64,000 nucleotides of DNA from Daphnia carinata (lineage: Eukaryota), in the NCBI RefSeq assembly GCF_022539665.2, contig NC_081332.1, forward strand, positions 5,270,001 through 5,334,000, read 5' to 3'. How positions within the stretch are numbered: position 1 is the stretch's first letter; each line of letters opens with the position of its first letter. The notes beneath the pieces were generated by a model, which had not been told where the DNA came from, searched no databases, and saw only the letters and a program-made list of their open reading frames with translations. The translations under genes and the position numbers were made by a program. Positions 62,748 through 64,000 of this stretch are shown here, in pieces.

Positions 62748-64000
62748 ATAAATGAATGGAACAACAATATCGATGGCCGAGTTTTTGCTCGAGATGGCCA
62801 GTGGGTAGAAGTTCGATCTACGTAAATGACGTTGAGCAATGTGACTTAATATTCTGGATGATCACCCTCGGAAAATAACAACTTCAGTCAATGTTTGCCT
62901 TAGTGTGGAATCAGTCATATCAACCAAAACTTTTAGATTGATACCCTGTGAGGTGAAGTAAGGAAAAAAAAAAAAAATTTAGTTATAAGTGTTTTCAACT
63001 AAACAAAATAAATAGATTTTGTTTTGTGTAGCCAATCTATCTTTCATTATTGCTGTCTTATGTTGAGTGGGAAAAGTAAAACATTTTTGGTACAGATGTT
63101 CAATTAATTCAGGAAATGGACAATGCTGACACATTTGGTAATCAGTCGGAATCATATGGTTAGTGCAAATGAAGACAAGATTCCAAAATTTGAGACATGT
63201 CCACAGAATCTTAATCAAAAATTATCAGTCAGTCATGACTTGACAAGTTATTAATAAATACTTACATATGAGGCACGCTATACAAATATTTATACCATAT
63301 GAAGTAATAGGCTGGGTAACAGAATATGCATCCAATATTGAACGGTGAATTCAGCTGAAGTTAGAGGCCAAATCCAGGCAAAGTAAACGCCAAAACTGAG
63401 AATTAAAATACAAAATATGATAAAAATCAATGGGAAAATTTCATTGTTTAAAATACCATTAATTTCATGACTTATTTCCTTTGGTACATGAAACTCGACA
63501 GAGATGGCTGTTAGCAGTGTATACAAACGATTCACCTCTGCTGATGAATGCTTATAAGTAAGCCAAGGCTCTCGGCGAGAGCTCAAAATACCAAGTGATA
63601 ATCTGAAAGCCTGGACGAGAATTTTCAGCCTCCGCTCTGCAGCATGAGATGTGAGCCCATCGACTTCAGTTTGATGATGAACAACGAATACAAGTGACTT
63701 CAATAAATGCGGAATGCATAAGCATTTTTTCACTGCAAACACGGAAGCTAATTAGCTGACTTAAAAAGATATTACTTTATACCATTATAGTACAATTTTC
63801 TGATGAAGGTGAAGCAAGCATAGTTGAAATAGTCAGAACCAGCTTTTGGGCTGCCTGAAATTGATCTTCTGAATTAAAAGATAGATATGCGTCTTTAAGA
63901 TTCAGAGCCGTTTTCTCGAGAAGGCAACCTTAAAAAAAAAATACCATAATTAGCTTTTGTTTATTTCAAAAGTTTATAATTATTAACCTGTTTGTCGGTT

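Noticed and set aside
62979..63742. 79-aa and 150-aa minus-strand ORFs as a transposase or gene
   Set aside because: No recognisable motif or ATG start; possibly decayed coding sequence but unsupported.

Overview
Eukaryotic, AT-rich, gene-dense arthropod DNA with mostly ~55-80 bp GT-AG introns. It looks most like a water flea (Daphnia-like branchiopod); that is inferred from intron size and gene content, not from a search. 1-16 kb holds the 5' end of a dumpy orthologue (minus strand) and a long gene-free flank ending at a tRNA-Arg(ACG). 16-55 kb is a compact run of spliced genes: phosphorylase kinase gamma, RNFT RING ligase, DNA2 (with a nested antisense cuticle-protein gene), a hydroxyproline-type proline dehydrogenase, peroxisomal MFE2/HSD17B4, IFT52, an orphan secreted repeat protein, two tandem SLC22 transporters (the first apparently frameshifted), ClC-7 and a UCP2-like uncoupling protein with a uORF exon. 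55.3-64 kb is accessory DNA: a ~1.87 kb inverted duplication whose arms each carry a spliced non-coding or pseudogene unit and an unrecognised ~335 nt hairpin/pseudoknot-rich module. The arms enclose a 23-bp minisatellite, a piggyBac-like MITE and three degenerate tRNA-like modules. CDS coordinates span first to last coding base including introns and were read by eye.
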